Part shown: positions 51,707-64,000 of the stretch, piece by piece
Position numbering within the stretch: the stretch's first letter is position 1
Layout of the letters: each line of letters opens with the position of its first letter
Made by a program: the position numbers and the translations under genes
Notes under the pieces: model-generated
What the model was told of the DNA's origin: nothing
The model's input: only the letters and a program-made list of their open reading frames with translations
Databases searched by the model: none
NCBI GenBank assembly: GCA_965649765.1
Contig: OZ287754.1
Coordinates: forward strand, 17,112,001 to 17,176,000
Direction: 5' to 3'
Source: Bispira polyomma
Lineage: Eukaryota
DNA: 64,000 nt

Positions 51707-52185
51707 TTATTATTATTATTATTATTAACGAACATTCATATAGCGATATTCTATGTATGCTAACAAACCCATAGCGCTTTACAGACATACACATTATTAA
51801 ATTGATATACAGTGTCCTACAGAGGAGTAGACATTTAAGCTAGATGATGTTACATATACGCATTACGAAAAAGACTAGTTTTCAATTGTTTTTTGAAAAG
51901 CTCAATGTTGTCTATTTTCCTAGAAGAGAGAGGAAGTTCATTCCATAGTTTTGGACCGGCAACAGCAAAACTTCTTCTCCTACAAGTTTCTAACTGATAT
52001 TTTAGCTGGTAGAGTAAATTTTTATCGTTGAGTGGTGTAAGGTGTAATGAGATCTGTCAGTTAGTCAGGAGAAAGTTCATGAAGAGCTTTGAAAAGATTC
52101 GGTAACACACTGTATTTGATTCTTTGTTCTATTGGGAGCCAGTGAAGATGCTTCAGACTTTGTTTTACTGACGAGTATTTAGTTT
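51707..52185 (-). mobile_element. LINE (L2/CR1 group) 3' end inserted into a dispersed repeat
   Basis: LKHLHWLPIEQRIKY, RSFAVAGPKLWNELP, FKKQLKTSLF on the minus strand; (TAA)n tail. Confidence 0.8.
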
Positions 52186-52929
52186 GTCGCATTACTTGAT
52201 TCGTTTTGAAACGTCTCTCGTCAGTAGTACGTTGTGTTGGCTCATTCTGGGGTTTTTCGCACTAGTGTCAATCAGTAGCAGTTAGTGACATTTTATTGCG
52301 ATTACTGTTGTACTAGTGGGTATTCATTATTGTTCGTTATATTTTGTTTTGAACTCGCCTCAGGGGAAGATTTTTTTGGGAGGGGGGGAGGAGTGATATA
52401 CATGGCGTAAAAATACATTAGTGGTGTAACCTGCCGTAATTTGGATCCAAAGTTTCTTATTCTGTTGCATAAATATAACATATGTTGTGGAGTTTATATT
52501 TTAGTTTATCACAAAACACACATTTATCTGAAACATTTTCATCCTATTTTGACACTAATTGTATCCACAGGAAAACTTTAGTGGATACACTGAATTACAC
52601 TTTGTGATGCTGCTACTGCCGCGTCAGTGTGTGTAGATATTTTACCATTACTGCTCTCCTGGGAAAACTTTTACACCTAGGTTACTAAAATTCACAGAAA
52701 AGGTTCTTTATTACCTGGGAGTAATTTTGGCCTCATTTAAAAAAAACAAGATGTGCGTTTCTTTGAAATGATCAGACTTTTAACTGTGTCTGTTTCTCAG
52801 CTGTAGAAGGTTGAATCTCTATATGGGTGATATGTTTAACGGATATATATGTCCTGTATAAGCATGCAGACAATTGACCTTAAGTCTCCTCATTCAAGGT
52901 CAGCAACAGAGTGTCAAAGAACCCCAAGG

Positions 52930-53630
52930 GAACGATTTTGGCCAAACTTAAAAGTGCCTATATTTCGCTTAATATGAGTCTTATTAATATAGAAGTTTGA
53001 GATCTTAAACCAACCTATAGAAAATCATGAGCAGGAAATCTTTTAATGTGCTCAGATTTGACCTTTAGCCTCCCCTTTAAGGTCAAACAGGAATGGCCAA
53101 ACTTAAAAGTGCCTATATCTCGCTTATTTTTGGTCAAACAGGTTTTGGATTTGAAACCAACCTATACAAAATCATGACCTGGGTATCTTTTGATGTAGTC
53201 CAGTTTGACCTTTAGCCCCTCGCTCAAGGTCAAATGCGGATGGCCAAATTTAAAAGTTCCTTATATCTCACTTATTATTGCTCCCAGAGGTTTGGAGTGC
53301 CAAACCAACCTATAGAAAATCATGGGTTGGGAATCTTTTGATGAACTCAGATTTGACCTTATTCAAGGTCAAATGCAGATGGCCAAACATAAATGTGCCA
53401 ATGTCTCGCTTATTATTGGCCATACAGGTTTGGGACGTGAAACCAACCTGTAGAAAATCATGGGCTGCTAATCTTTTGCTGTGGTCAGATTTGACCTTGG
53501 ATCCCTCGTGCAAGGTCAAACGGGTAAGCCAGACTTCAAAGTACCTATCTCACACTTAATATTGCAATGTGAAACCCACTTTTGCCATTTAAGGCTTTAG
53601 CATAAATGCCCTGTAGGAAATCATGGGCTT
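52930..53630. repeat. Degenerate ~145-bp tandem repeat (~5 units), probably internal to a non-autonomous transposon
   Basis: Recurrent gccaaacttaaaagtgcctatatctcgctta..aaaccaacctatagaaaatcatg..tttgacctt..aaggtcaaa at ~52940, 53096, 53242, 53381 and 53529. Confidence 0.75.
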
Positions 53631-53899
53631 CTAGCTTGGGTGCTAGCTAGGATCCTAGGGAACTTTGTCGTTCTGGTGTATACAAATATGCATCAGTTCT
53701 CCGATGCGCTAGGTCCAGTTTAAATATGCTATGCAAACGTTTACAGTTTCCCAGGCAGGTGAAGGTGAGATGGTTAAGATATAAGATGATTTTTTTTTTT
53801 TTAAGATATAAGATGTAAAAGATTAAGTTTGCAGTTTTATTATGTACACGTTAGTACGTGTATACATGTTAACAGGTAAGAGTATATTAAAGTTTTAAT

Positions 53900-54975
53900 G
53901 GATACGTCACATTTTAAAGTCAACCCAAACTAAACAGAAGAGGGAATGTAGGGAGAAAAAGTGGAGGGGGTGACACAAGCGGCTTGTACTGTGGACTGTA
54001 AGTAAGACCACACGGCGGAACTGCACCAAAATCTGTGTGCCATATCATTTTGTAGGTACAATTCCAAGGTGCTGGAAAATATTCGTAAGTGCAGATCTGA
54101 TATGAGAGCCAATGATGGGGTGATTTGGAGTGGTGCAGAATACAAAGAGAGGAGAAGAAGGAGGGGGGGTCTCGCTGGGAAGTGAGAGCATTGTAAGGGA
54201 TTGTACAGGGCACAAGTGGGGAATGGAGATGGAAAGGAGCTGGATTACATGAGAACTAGATTTGTCTTGCATGTTTTAAGCCCAGTTCATGATTATGTGG
54301 ACGCCAGGAGGACCATATGTCAGATCCTGATGTGCCTGGATGCACATAACTTAAACTTAGACTGGAGAGATACTTTTGACATCCTCAAAAGGCCGTAGAA
54401 GGTCACTAGAAAGATAGACTAAATAAAATTGGGTCCTGCAGGAATTGACTTACAATACGTGAAAAGTGTTTAGTGAAACCATTTTGGGTGAAGGTCCAAG
54501 TTGTAAATGAAGAGATAGATTGCATCGGGAATGTGAGGTATAATGTTGTTCTTGAGGGTTATAAACTTGATGGCTGCTAAGTAGTTTTTCGCCATCTTAT
54601 AGGAGATAGTGTTTGGACAATGTTTTTCAGAAATACCAGAGGATGGAGTGCAGTGTGAGATCTTGCATGCGTAGATACTTGAGAAAAGATAAGAATGTCT
54701 TGAACTGGTTGTTGGAAGCTGATGTAATGGAAGGTCTGAGTGAACTATGTGCTCCACAGAGAATATGATGCTACTGTGAACCTACAATTATTTTTTACAA
54801 CCTAGGTTAAAGTACTGAAATAGAAAATTTCTACGTATGTGATTATTGAGGGAGTACAGAATATCTTTTATAGGTGGATGGCCTGAGTATATACACAATG
54901 ATGCGTCAGCGAATATATTTTCCTTACCTCTGATGTGTTGAATGTTAATGGCCTGGTCACACCTACACAATATAC
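53900..54975 (-). mobile_element. Second DIRS/Ngaro-type remnant (RNase H end + tyrosine recombinase start)
   Basis: INIQHIRGKENIFADASL, YKMAKNYLAAIKF, FYGLLRMS fragments. Confidence 0.6.
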
Positions 54976-57129
54976 ACTAAAAACGTGGTAGTTCTGCGTC
55001 AAAGTGACGTCATTTACATAAAGGGGTAGTCGATTGTGACGTTTTTGTGACGTTTCATGACGTTTCGTGATGATGCTGGTACTTATACACACGGAGCAGG
55101 GGCAAAAAACGGACCCTTTACTGGTAGGATATCACTACTTACTACTAGGTGTAGCTACTGTACAGCTACTAAGTGGTGCGTTCTGCTTCGTTCTGATGCT
55201 TAGTAAAACAAATACAACGAGTAGAGACGATCTCACTACTTACTGGGACTTCCTCGCTACCTACTACTACATATGGCTACTTACTGATACATCTAGGCTA
55301 CTTTCAGAAACGTTCGGGGACGAACTGACAAACGGGGAGAAACGGGAGCTGTTTCTGTAGTGTTTCAAACAGTTTGAAATACTACACAAAAAAGACAAAA
55401 CGGAGACGTTTCCGGAACGATGTCATCCGTCATAAAACGTCTCAAAACGTAAAGAAACGATCACAGAAGGGATCCTCACTTCCTACTACGTTCCTATTGA
55501 TTTGACATTTTTTACAAAACCCACAGATTTTTAGAGATCAGAAATATCCTTAATGTTACAAGTTTCTGGAGAAGACTCAGATGGCATGGTTCAGCCCTTT
55601 AGCTGATGCCTGTGGTGTTGGTTGCGGCTGCACAGTACTGATGTTTTAAGAATTTATCACAGTGCCCTGTGATGTTGTTGTAATATTATTAACAACAGGT
55701 GTATCTTGTTCAATAATATTATCAATAATAATATGCACATACATAAAATTGTAACATATGAGGTCTTTACTGTGATTCTCAGGGATTGCATTAACATATA
55801 GCATTTGATTATAGTATTTGATTAAAGCTATGTGCTATTAGTTGTAGAAATAATGAATTCTGTGTCAAAAAGGTAACACACATTACTTGGAAAACTGGGC
55901 AATTCTCCCAGGGAATTGTATGTGGCAGTGACATACGTTTCACAGTAAAAACCTATTATAAGTTTAAAGCCTGCCATATACATCAATACCAACGGTTATT
56001 AGTTCACCGACATTTTGCAGGCCATTTTCTATGCTCCACAATTGCATGGGTACGTTATGACTTTCCCTTGTATTCTGGCGTTGTTTAGAATCATGATGCA
56101 CCCAATGTTGGTGTACATTATGAGTTTACCTATGCGTACCTTGCTCTGCAATGGTGCATGTGTCAGTTTTATGATAAATAATCCCATCACATATATTAAC
56201 GGGATTATTGTTTCTGTTAATTTCAAGATTCATATTTTTCATTAACTTCACACTAGTATCAGCTAAAATGTCACTGTGAACACGTGTCCCAAGATGCCAT
56301 TTCCTGTGAGACATGTGAGCCATTACAAGAAAGAAAAACATTTATAATCAAAAAGAATATAATAGATGCCAATTTCCATTGAATAATTATTCCTTCTTAA
56401 AATCTAGTTCATTAACTAGCTTTTGTTCATCATTAGATAGTTTTAACTTTTTGTTGCAATTCCATAATCCTCAAGTGAAGTGAGTGTCTTGAATTGGAAT
56501 AGATATAACTTTTAGTGGTTATAATAATAATAATATTGATTGGAAGGAAGTTATTATCACTATTTAGATATCATACTATCCACTGGACCCAGCATTATAT
56601 TAATGCCTGTCTTGATCCATGCTTCTACGTTTTTCCAAAATCTCATATTCACAGGACAAAGAGAGAGGAGATTTTTTTTTTTTTACAACTAGAATATGAC
56701 TTTTATTTACTTCTCAAATCAAATTTATCCAGTACGAAGGTAAAAGTATCATTAGCCCTGCTATATTTATTGCATAATGGTAAACCATTTAATACGTTGT
56801 AAGTGTTTGAAGACAGGTTCAAACGCACCTAAAAGCGTCTATTCAGTTAAAATGACTAATTTGAGTAAATATTACCAGAACACATTACATAAGATGCCAA
56901 AGGCTATATTACTGAATCGTACACTACAAAGTTTTCAAAAAAATATATACAGCTCAATAATAATAAAGCACCGTGCACTATTTCTAAGTCAAAGAGATTG
57001 GTAAGGAGCAACTCTACCCCGGAAATGTAAATACACTGCTACACAGATTATCAAAATCACTATAATCCCCCCTCCCCCCCCCCCCCCACCCACCCCCCCA
57101 AAAAAATATATATATATATTTTTACAACT

Positions 57130-59110
57130 TTTTTAACTCTCTCCTATTCATCCAAGTTTATACTTTTCTGAAATGTCTATAATAAAATGCCTGCTCTATT
57201 TATGAAGTGTCTATTATCTGCATATAATCTCACAAAGAGAGAGGAGATGAATTATAGATTATGTGGATGATTTACACAGTAAGCAATTCGGAGATGACAC
57301 TATGCCTATTTTATTGAGGAGTTTCTGTGTACCAAGAATACAATGTAAAATTTTGTACTGAAACTAAATAAGGTTTTTGTCCTGGATTTTTTAAAACCTG
57401 TTGCCATCAATATTTAAGTCTAGCTAAATTTAGTTTTGAAGTTCATATCCAAGCAGGTCTTATTAAGGAGTTTATAAAATCGTTTGGCTTCTTGGTTGTG
57501 ACAAAATAGAACTGACAATTGTTTTGTTAGACAACGTTGTTGAAAGTTAAAATGATCATCCTTTTTACATTTTCTATAGGATTAAACACTCGCAGGTATT
57601 CTAGAAAATTGGTCTTCAAAGGTTGTATCTTTGATCTAGTTTTCTTTGATAACATTGTCATTACTGTTAATCAGATCTCCAACAAAGTTTATTCCATGTT
57701 TTCTCCAATGGGGAAGGTGAAGCGTTATTTCTGAGATTTTGGGGTTATACCAAATTGTTGAGGACAGAATATCATTGTTGTCATTTATAGGGTAGATTTC
57801 ACAAATATTGGCCCACAAAAGCCAGAATTTCCTTCGAGAAATCATTGTATAAAGTTTTAATTGAAGTTTTACACCACAATGAATTCTAGTTAACATTTTT
57901 GAAACTGCCAGTATTGTTTTGTCAAAAATGTTAACCAAGTTGGTACTTGGTGATTCATTTACGTCAGTTTCAGAGATTAGATAAGGTACTCCAAGTTAAC
58001 CATTCTTATGCCACCCCTGTTATAGTCTTGTGTAATATATTCACTTTTACTTTTGTCAGGTTTGTTACCCCATATAAGTGAAATAGACGAGAATTCATCT
58101 GTATCAGCAAACTTTTGTGGGATGAAGGAATGACCATAAACAGGTGGTGAAATTTTGATAGAATACAGGGTTTTTAGCAGTTATTTTTCCAAAATGAGTC
58201 AAATTCCGTTTTTTTTCAATTAGTTAAGGTTTTGTAAAACTTTTGAATCAAAAAGCTTCCTCAGATCTATTAGCAGTAGGAAACCCATTCTAATTTTTTA
58301 TTTCAGTATTATTCATGATGTCATATGTCAGTCTGGTTAAGTCACCAATATATCAGCCTTTAATCAAGCCTGTTTGTCACTTTGAAATCAGCTTATCTGG
58401 TACAATCTTAAATCTTTCTGCTATGGCTGACACAACCAATTATACAGAACACTGAACAGTGAAATGTGACACCAAAAATTATCTGGAATTGTTTTCTTTG
58501 GTTATGCAATTAATAATTGACTGGCGTAAAGACACAGAATTTATCCTTCTTATTACAAAAGTTGAGAGCCTTCAGCACTAAGATATATCCATACTTTTAA
58601 ACAATTGAGCATGAAATTATTAAACTTAGTTCAAAAGAGCAGCTTGACTGGTAATAGGTAATAGTCTCTCCATTTTGAAGACATACTTTTTATTTGTTTT
58701 GTCTGTGAAGTTTTTACATTCAAGGCTACAGAAAAACTTACTTTCTCACCAGCCACTTCTGGATTGTACCATATGTCCTGTCATTTTTAGTTTTTGCAAG
58801 TTTAATAATTCTTGTTTTTGTTTTTCTAAATTTTTTAAGATTATGGTGTTCTATTTGAACTATAAATGCTATATCCTTAGACAATTGTTTTTCTTGAGCT
58901 ATTTCGGCTTTTATCACTGAAGCAGGGAAGCAAAATAAAGCGTAATAGTTCTGCTTTTTAGTAGTAGCATTTTGAACAGTAGGTCGACTTCGATTGTAAA
59001 CTGTATTTCAAAATCATTGTTTATGTTAAGATAATGATCACTGTAAACAGGGACTGTGTACTGTGATTTTATGTCAACAAAGTGTTGAAATTTTATTTTT
59101 GGATGTAATG
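57130..59110 (-). mobile_element. Degraded L1/Tx1-type LINE ORF2
   Basis: Fragments KRNLTHFGKIT, YITQDYNRGG, ILSSTIWYNPKI, WRKHGINFVGDL, QYKILHCILGT..C..C (zf-RVT-like). Confidence 0.65.
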
Positions 59111-59694
59111 AGCATGACAGCTATGCACATGACTATATAATATTGGATGTTAAGTATTATATCCATATATCTCAATGTAAAAAACAACTCCAATGGTTGC
59201 TGAATTGTTTATGTATTTTAGTCAATCTTCAGAAGTACAAAAATGTAAATGTATTAAAAAGTAGAGGTAATATATTTAGAGCTTTTTCGAGTGAAAGAAT
59301 ATATTATTTGTTCAATAAAAAGATTATTTAATTAAATGTGTAAAGTTTTGAGGAAAACATGTATTGTTATTATTATTCTATGTACAATATCTTTCTAGGG
59401 AATAAATAAAAATAATAAAAAAGTTTCTATAACATTTTCAACTAGCAAACATTAGTGACTGGCACAAAAGTCAGATATTGATCCCAAGCCATAGATGAAA
59501 TTGACACCACAGTAAATTGGACCCCATGTTTGATGTGACACTGCACTTTAGATCAATAGGCTTTCATAAACACAATATATTATGTTAAAAATGACAGTAG
59601 GAATGATTAGACAGACACAATAACAGTAACTATAAAAGATTTATACATTGTAATGACTCAAATATTAAATTTTAAGATATGCTTGGTTTTTGCA

Positions 59695-61485
59695 TCACAG
59701 CCTCGTCATTTCTGCATCTTCTTTCACACAACCATTATGTATGTTGGCCACAGTATTCTGTGTTGGTTTATTGTTTGTTAAGTCATTGGAAGTACCCATA
59801 GCTTTGATATCTTCTATTTTATCAGGCAGCTTTAGGTCTTTAGTTTCTGGCAATAAGAACACAAGCAATCCCGAAACTATACCAAGTGTCCCAAATATTA
59901 CCAGTGGTAGAGGTGTCCATAGATTCATCATTGGAGCTCCCATAAATGGGGCAGCAAGACCAAAGATATTTCCTGTCATGTAGGGTATTGCTACAGACAC
60001 ATGTCGGACCGGTGTTGGAAATAACTCGGCGGTGTATACAAAAATCACAGCGAAGGCCATTGTTATGGCAGCTTTTCCTATCAACACAAACATTGTGACA
60101 ACAGCTTCATAAGCTTCATTTCCCGAGTCCAAGAATGGGATGCAAATAAGGCAAGCAGAGCCAGATACTAGTAGGGTTCCTATCTGAGAATAACGACGTC
60201 CAAACTTGTACATACAGGGAAGAGATCCAATGTAAGCCGGAACCTCAACCACACCAGAGAGAAAGGTATTCAAGTAGACATTGCCAGCCATACTACCAGT
60301 GTTGAAAGATATGCCATAGTAAACTAGTGTGCAACTAATCCATCCTGGTAGAATAAATAGGATTCGGTTACGAAGTACAGAAATCTTTAAAATATCAAAA
60401 GCATTCATTGTAAGAGATTTGTTTGGTTTGTTCGATTTTCCAGATTCAGGATTACAATTTGGCTTAATTTCCAGGGACGAAACATTGGGTTTCTTCTCCT
60501 CTACATTTTGGTCCACAAGTTTATCCTGCATACTACTTTGCATAATCATGTCATGTAAGTTTTCAGGGACATCTCTCTGATTCACTTCAGCTATTAATCG
60601 TGTAACCTCTCCAGCCTTGGTACTCTTGTCCTTGGAAATAAGCCATCTTGGTGATTCAGACACAACAAAAACGTAGCTGTATGTTAAAAACATGGGTGCT
60701 GCCAAAACTATCTGCAGCTTTTGAAAATCTCTTATGAAGACAGCAATGCATGGTAAAGTGAGAAACCCAAAGGACCAGAAGAGCCAATAGAGTCCTCCAG
60801 GTATGGCCCTGTACTGAGGACCAAACACTTCCATGGACAACACAAAGCAGCAGGTGGATGCTAGAGTCAGTGACAAAGCAGTTAGAAACCGCAGGATGAG
60901 AAAGGAAGGATATCCAGGTGCGTAAGCTGACAGTATACCCAGAGGACCCTCAAAGCAGATGGCAATCATTAGCAATGTCCTGCGGCCAAATCTATCTGAC
61001 AGCGGTCCTGCAATGAAGTTTGCCACAACGGTAGAAGCAGTAAAGCTGGAATACACCAGTGACACTAGGTAGCTATTATCACAGACTAGGTTATACTTCA
61101 TCAGTGCCGTGTAGGTGAATTCTGATTGGTCAAAAATCCACTCATCACACTTTTCTGTGGTAACATTTTCCAAGTCGCTGTTGATGGTCCAGTTCCAGTT
61201 CCACAGCTGTTCATCTGTCAGGTTATCATAAGGGAGGTTGTAGTATGAGCACTGTTCATATTCTCCATCCTCCTCATTGTAAGGTATGGCAATGTACTTC
61301 TGCTGAACATGCGAAAAGTTGTCCAATCTCTCCACCTTGCACCAGTGATCCTGCTCAGGTCCCAAGAAGGTCATGGACATACTTTGGTATCCTCCATAGA
61401 ACGAGGGTAAGCCAAGAAGTAGATAGAGAGATATTTGATACACACCAATACCTCCAACATAATCAAAAATCTCATCGAATCCCAT
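59695..61485 (-). CDS. SLC22 / organic cation transporter-like MFS protein (596 aa), intronless CDS
   Basis: MGFDEIFDYVGGIGVYQ start, large Cys-containing loop (HWC...YNLVCD), SDRFGRR, ESPRWL, TAELFPT and LPETK motifs, ~12 TM helices. The first ATG is at 61485; the ORF track starts at an upstream TTG. Confidence 0.95.
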   Translation of the reverse strand: MGFDEIFDYVGGIGVYQISLYLLLGLPSFYGGYQSMSMTFLGPEQDHWCKVERLDNFSHVQQKYIAIPYNEEDGEYEQCSYYNLPYDNLTDEQLWNWNWTINSDLENVTTEKCDEWIFDQSEFTYTALMKYNLVCDNSYLVSLVYSSFTASTVVANFIAGPLSDRFGRRTLLMIAICFEGPLGILSAYAPGYPSFLILRFLTALSLTLASTCCFVLSMEVFGPQYRAIPGGLYWLFWSFGFLTLPCIAVFIRDFQKLQIVLAAPMFLTYSYVFVVSESPRWLISKDKSTKAGEVTRLIAEVNQRDVPENLHDMIMQSSMQDKLVDQNVEEKKPNVSSLEIKPNCNPESGKSNKPNKSLTMNAFDILKISVLRNRILFILPGWISCTLVYYGISFNTGSMAGNVYLNTFLSGVVEVPAYIGSLPCMYKFGRRYSQIGTLLVSGSACLICIPFLDSGNEAYEAVVTMFVLIGKAAITMAFAVIFVYTAELFPTPVRHVSVAIPYMTGNIFGLAAPFMGAPMMNLWTPLPLVIFGTLGIVSGLLVFLLPETKDLKLPDKIEDIKAMGTSNDLTNNKPTQNTVANIHNGCVKEDAEMTRL

Positions 61486-61776
61486 TATCCTCAAGCTTTA
61501 AGACCAAATCTATTGTGACAGTTTTTTTGCTAATTTTGATATTTCAAAGTTGTACTGCAGTTAATTTAGAGTACTATATATACATTGCATTATGTCTACC
61601 TGTTTAGTGAATATACAGTTAATATATTAATATATTATATACTTATAGTGTTGAAGTGTGCAAATATAGTTTTGTAAAAGATTAAATAGAACAATAACAT
61701 AACAAGGTTCAGTCACTGATTGTTTTCCAGCTTGTCCACATATATGTACAGAAGATAAATATTGTTAATAGTCTAA

Positions 61777-64000
61777 AGCCCCGGTCACACTGGGCTTACT
61801 TTTCGATTACGCACAAAAAATGGCTAAAACTAGCAAATGTAGGTGAAACATAAGCATTTGCATAGTGGACGTAGTGTGTGTAAGTAAACATAAGCATGTG
61901 TGAGTGATATGGTCCTCTAATTTCACAATTTGACCAAAAGGAAAACGTAATGGAAACATAATTGAAGCCTGAGATGCGTTTTTCACGTGGTCAGTGTGTA
62001 AGTAAAGTGGACGTCTTGTGCGTATGCCATATATATGATAGGTTCCAGGTCTGTATAGGTTGTTCATTAAACACCCTTTACATAGGGGTTTTTGGTAAAA
62101 AATGAGTTTTTTACGTTTGATATGCTTTAATTTCGTGCAATACACATCTCCCATTATTATTTTGTTTAATATGCTTCTCATTTCGTTTAATACATTCTTC
62201 AAATTACTCACTTCGTCCAGTATGCTTTCATTTTGCACACTACATCTCAACTTTGTCTGTTTCATTATAGTTTCATTGATCATTTCGTTGTGACATACAC
62301 GAAAGCTTTCATCATTCGCATCATACGTGATTACTTAGTCATCGCTTTGTCATCACTTAATCAACTGTTTTGCATTCAAATTTCGGTTTTCTTTGAGAAC
62401 ACACATCTTTTAGGATATATTTTACAAATTTTTCTAAAGATTCCACAACTAATAAAATGGTTAGACTTGGTGTAAGGCAGAATCACAGCTGGTGATAAAA
62501 AATAAGGTGGAAGAAGATATTCCAGATCTCAACTTCACACAGGGGCCAGAAGTGACGGGGATCCAGATCCAGAACTGACCCAGACCAAAACCAAGAAACC
62601 TGTCAAGAAGAGAGCACTTGTGGAACTTACCACTCAATAAGTGGAAGAAGTGTTGGACTGGTTCCAAAGTTGTGGTCAAGGAGTTTGTCCATATTCACCT
62701 GGTAGAGAAGACAGCACTTTGGACAGAGAAGCCTGCTGAATATGACAAGAGTGTTATGTTTTTTTTATTTTTACCTTTAAATTCATCTATATTACACCCT
62801 CGGTTAACCAGCTATATTGAGGGAGTAAAGTATTGTTCTAATAATGAGATGTATGGGGTAAAATCGGGGGGGGGGGAGGATTTTGTTCATATTACATATT
62901 ATGATATGATATTGTTGTACCTGTTAATTAAAGCATAGTTGACCATTGGTTAACTGACCATATTGAAGGAGTAAGGTGTTCTGATAAAGGGATGTATGAG
63001 GTAAAATGTCTGTGGAAGATTCTGTTCATATTATCTGTCATTATATATCCTTGGTCCACCTGTTATTTTAATGCACAGTTAATCCTTGGTTAACCGGACA
63101 TATTGAGGGCGTAAAGTGTTGTTCTACTAATGGGATGCATGAGGTAAAATGTCCGGGGAAGATTATGTTCATATTCTCTTATATCTTGTCATTTTATATA
63201 TCCACCAGGTAATTAATGCACAGTAAATCCCTGGTTAAGCAGCTGTATTGAGCGATAGATATTTTTTTCGGATGATGGGATGTATGGGGTGAAATGCCTG
63301 GGAGTTGACTGGTGTTCATATTATTGATATCTATATGTTCCATTCCATGTTTTTCTCTACCGGTGAGCAACTGTTGCCTCGGTGAGAAACTGTTGCAGTG
63401 GTGGACACACATGCGGAATATCTATGGATGCAATACATACATCTCAGCCTCTGGATCTGCGCCTTGTTGGACTGCTGGAAGGAGATGTTATCTGTGGTTA
63501 ATAAATACTTGATGAAGTCTGGGCCCTCCAGGACACCAAAACTTCTACGACATTGCAAGCCTTTCCAAGGCCAGTGCAACTGTGGCAGAGATGTTTTCTC
63601 TGCCCAGTTCACCTGTCTGGCCTTCAATGGACCTGTCCATGTTTGGCAGCACATTGTTAGGCTTGCTTTAAGTCAGAGGCATACCAGATCTGAGCAACCA
63701 TTGGCACCAACATCGAAATAGATAAACTTGTGGTCCCCATCCACCACAGCGCAAAGTATAATTGGGATCCACTGTGGGGAGGGGGGGGGTGGGGGTCACT
63801 ACGGCAATGTGTTTACCATCTATGGCTCTAATACCAGGAGAAAAGTTCCATCTTTTCAAGAAAACTTCTGCAATTTCTGTCCATTCCTGAGGTGTGTCTG
63901 TAGCATGTACAACTTTATCCAGATATTCCACCTCTGTGACACGACAAACTTCCCGGACAACCACAGACACAGGGTTATGTGCTACATGAAACCCATAGGC
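61777..64000 (-). mobile_element. PIF/Harbinger DNA transposon, degraded, runs off the window end
   Basis: Terminus TAA|AGCCCCGGTCACAC at 61777. Transposase fragments EWTEIAEVFLKRWNFSPGIRAIDGKHI and KFIYFDVGANG at ~63650-63970. Confidence 0.8.
62795..63325. repeat. ~140-bp degenerate tandem repeat (4 units) inside the Harbinger element
   Basis: ggttaa....catattgag...taaag...ttct..taatgggatgtatg.ggtaaaatg...gatt.tgttcatatt at ~62800, 62945, 63085 and 63230. Confidence 0.7.

Noticed and set aside
55560-56340. Possible sixth receptor copy or decayed gene
   Set aside because: Some coding-like and hydrophobic stretches, but no 8-Cys pattern, multiple stops and no consistent splice sites.

Overview
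AT-rich invertebrate animal genomic DNA (spliceosomal GT-AG introns, LINE/SINE/DNA-transposon debris; probably a lophotrochozoan, but the taxon cannot be fixed from this window). It reads as an innate-immunity gene cluster. From left to right: (1) the 3' part of an NLR (NACHT-LRR) gene; (2) five paralogous small receptor genes hidden among short ORFs. Each has exon 1 = signal peptide + one 8-Cys domain and a phase-1 intron; four also have exon 2 = Thr/Pro/Ser stalk + transmembrane helix + short tail. The Cys spacing matches the single-CRD TNF-receptor type (Drosophila Grindelwald; vertebrate TACI/BCMA). Four copies reconstruct as intact and one is a pseudogene; (3) embedded in that array, a 3-exon IFIT-like TPR gene with a +1 frameshift and an extra C-terminal domain resembling prokaryote-type HEPN domains; (4) an intronless SLC22 transporter. 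The rest is repeats: a Kolobok-like MITE, a solo LTR with TSD, L2/CR1-group and L1/Tx1 LINE remnants, two DIRS/Ngaro remnants, tRNA-derived SINEs, a Harbinger element and minisatellites, plus a 170-N gap. All family assignments come from reading motifs by eye and from remembered family consensus; no searches were run.
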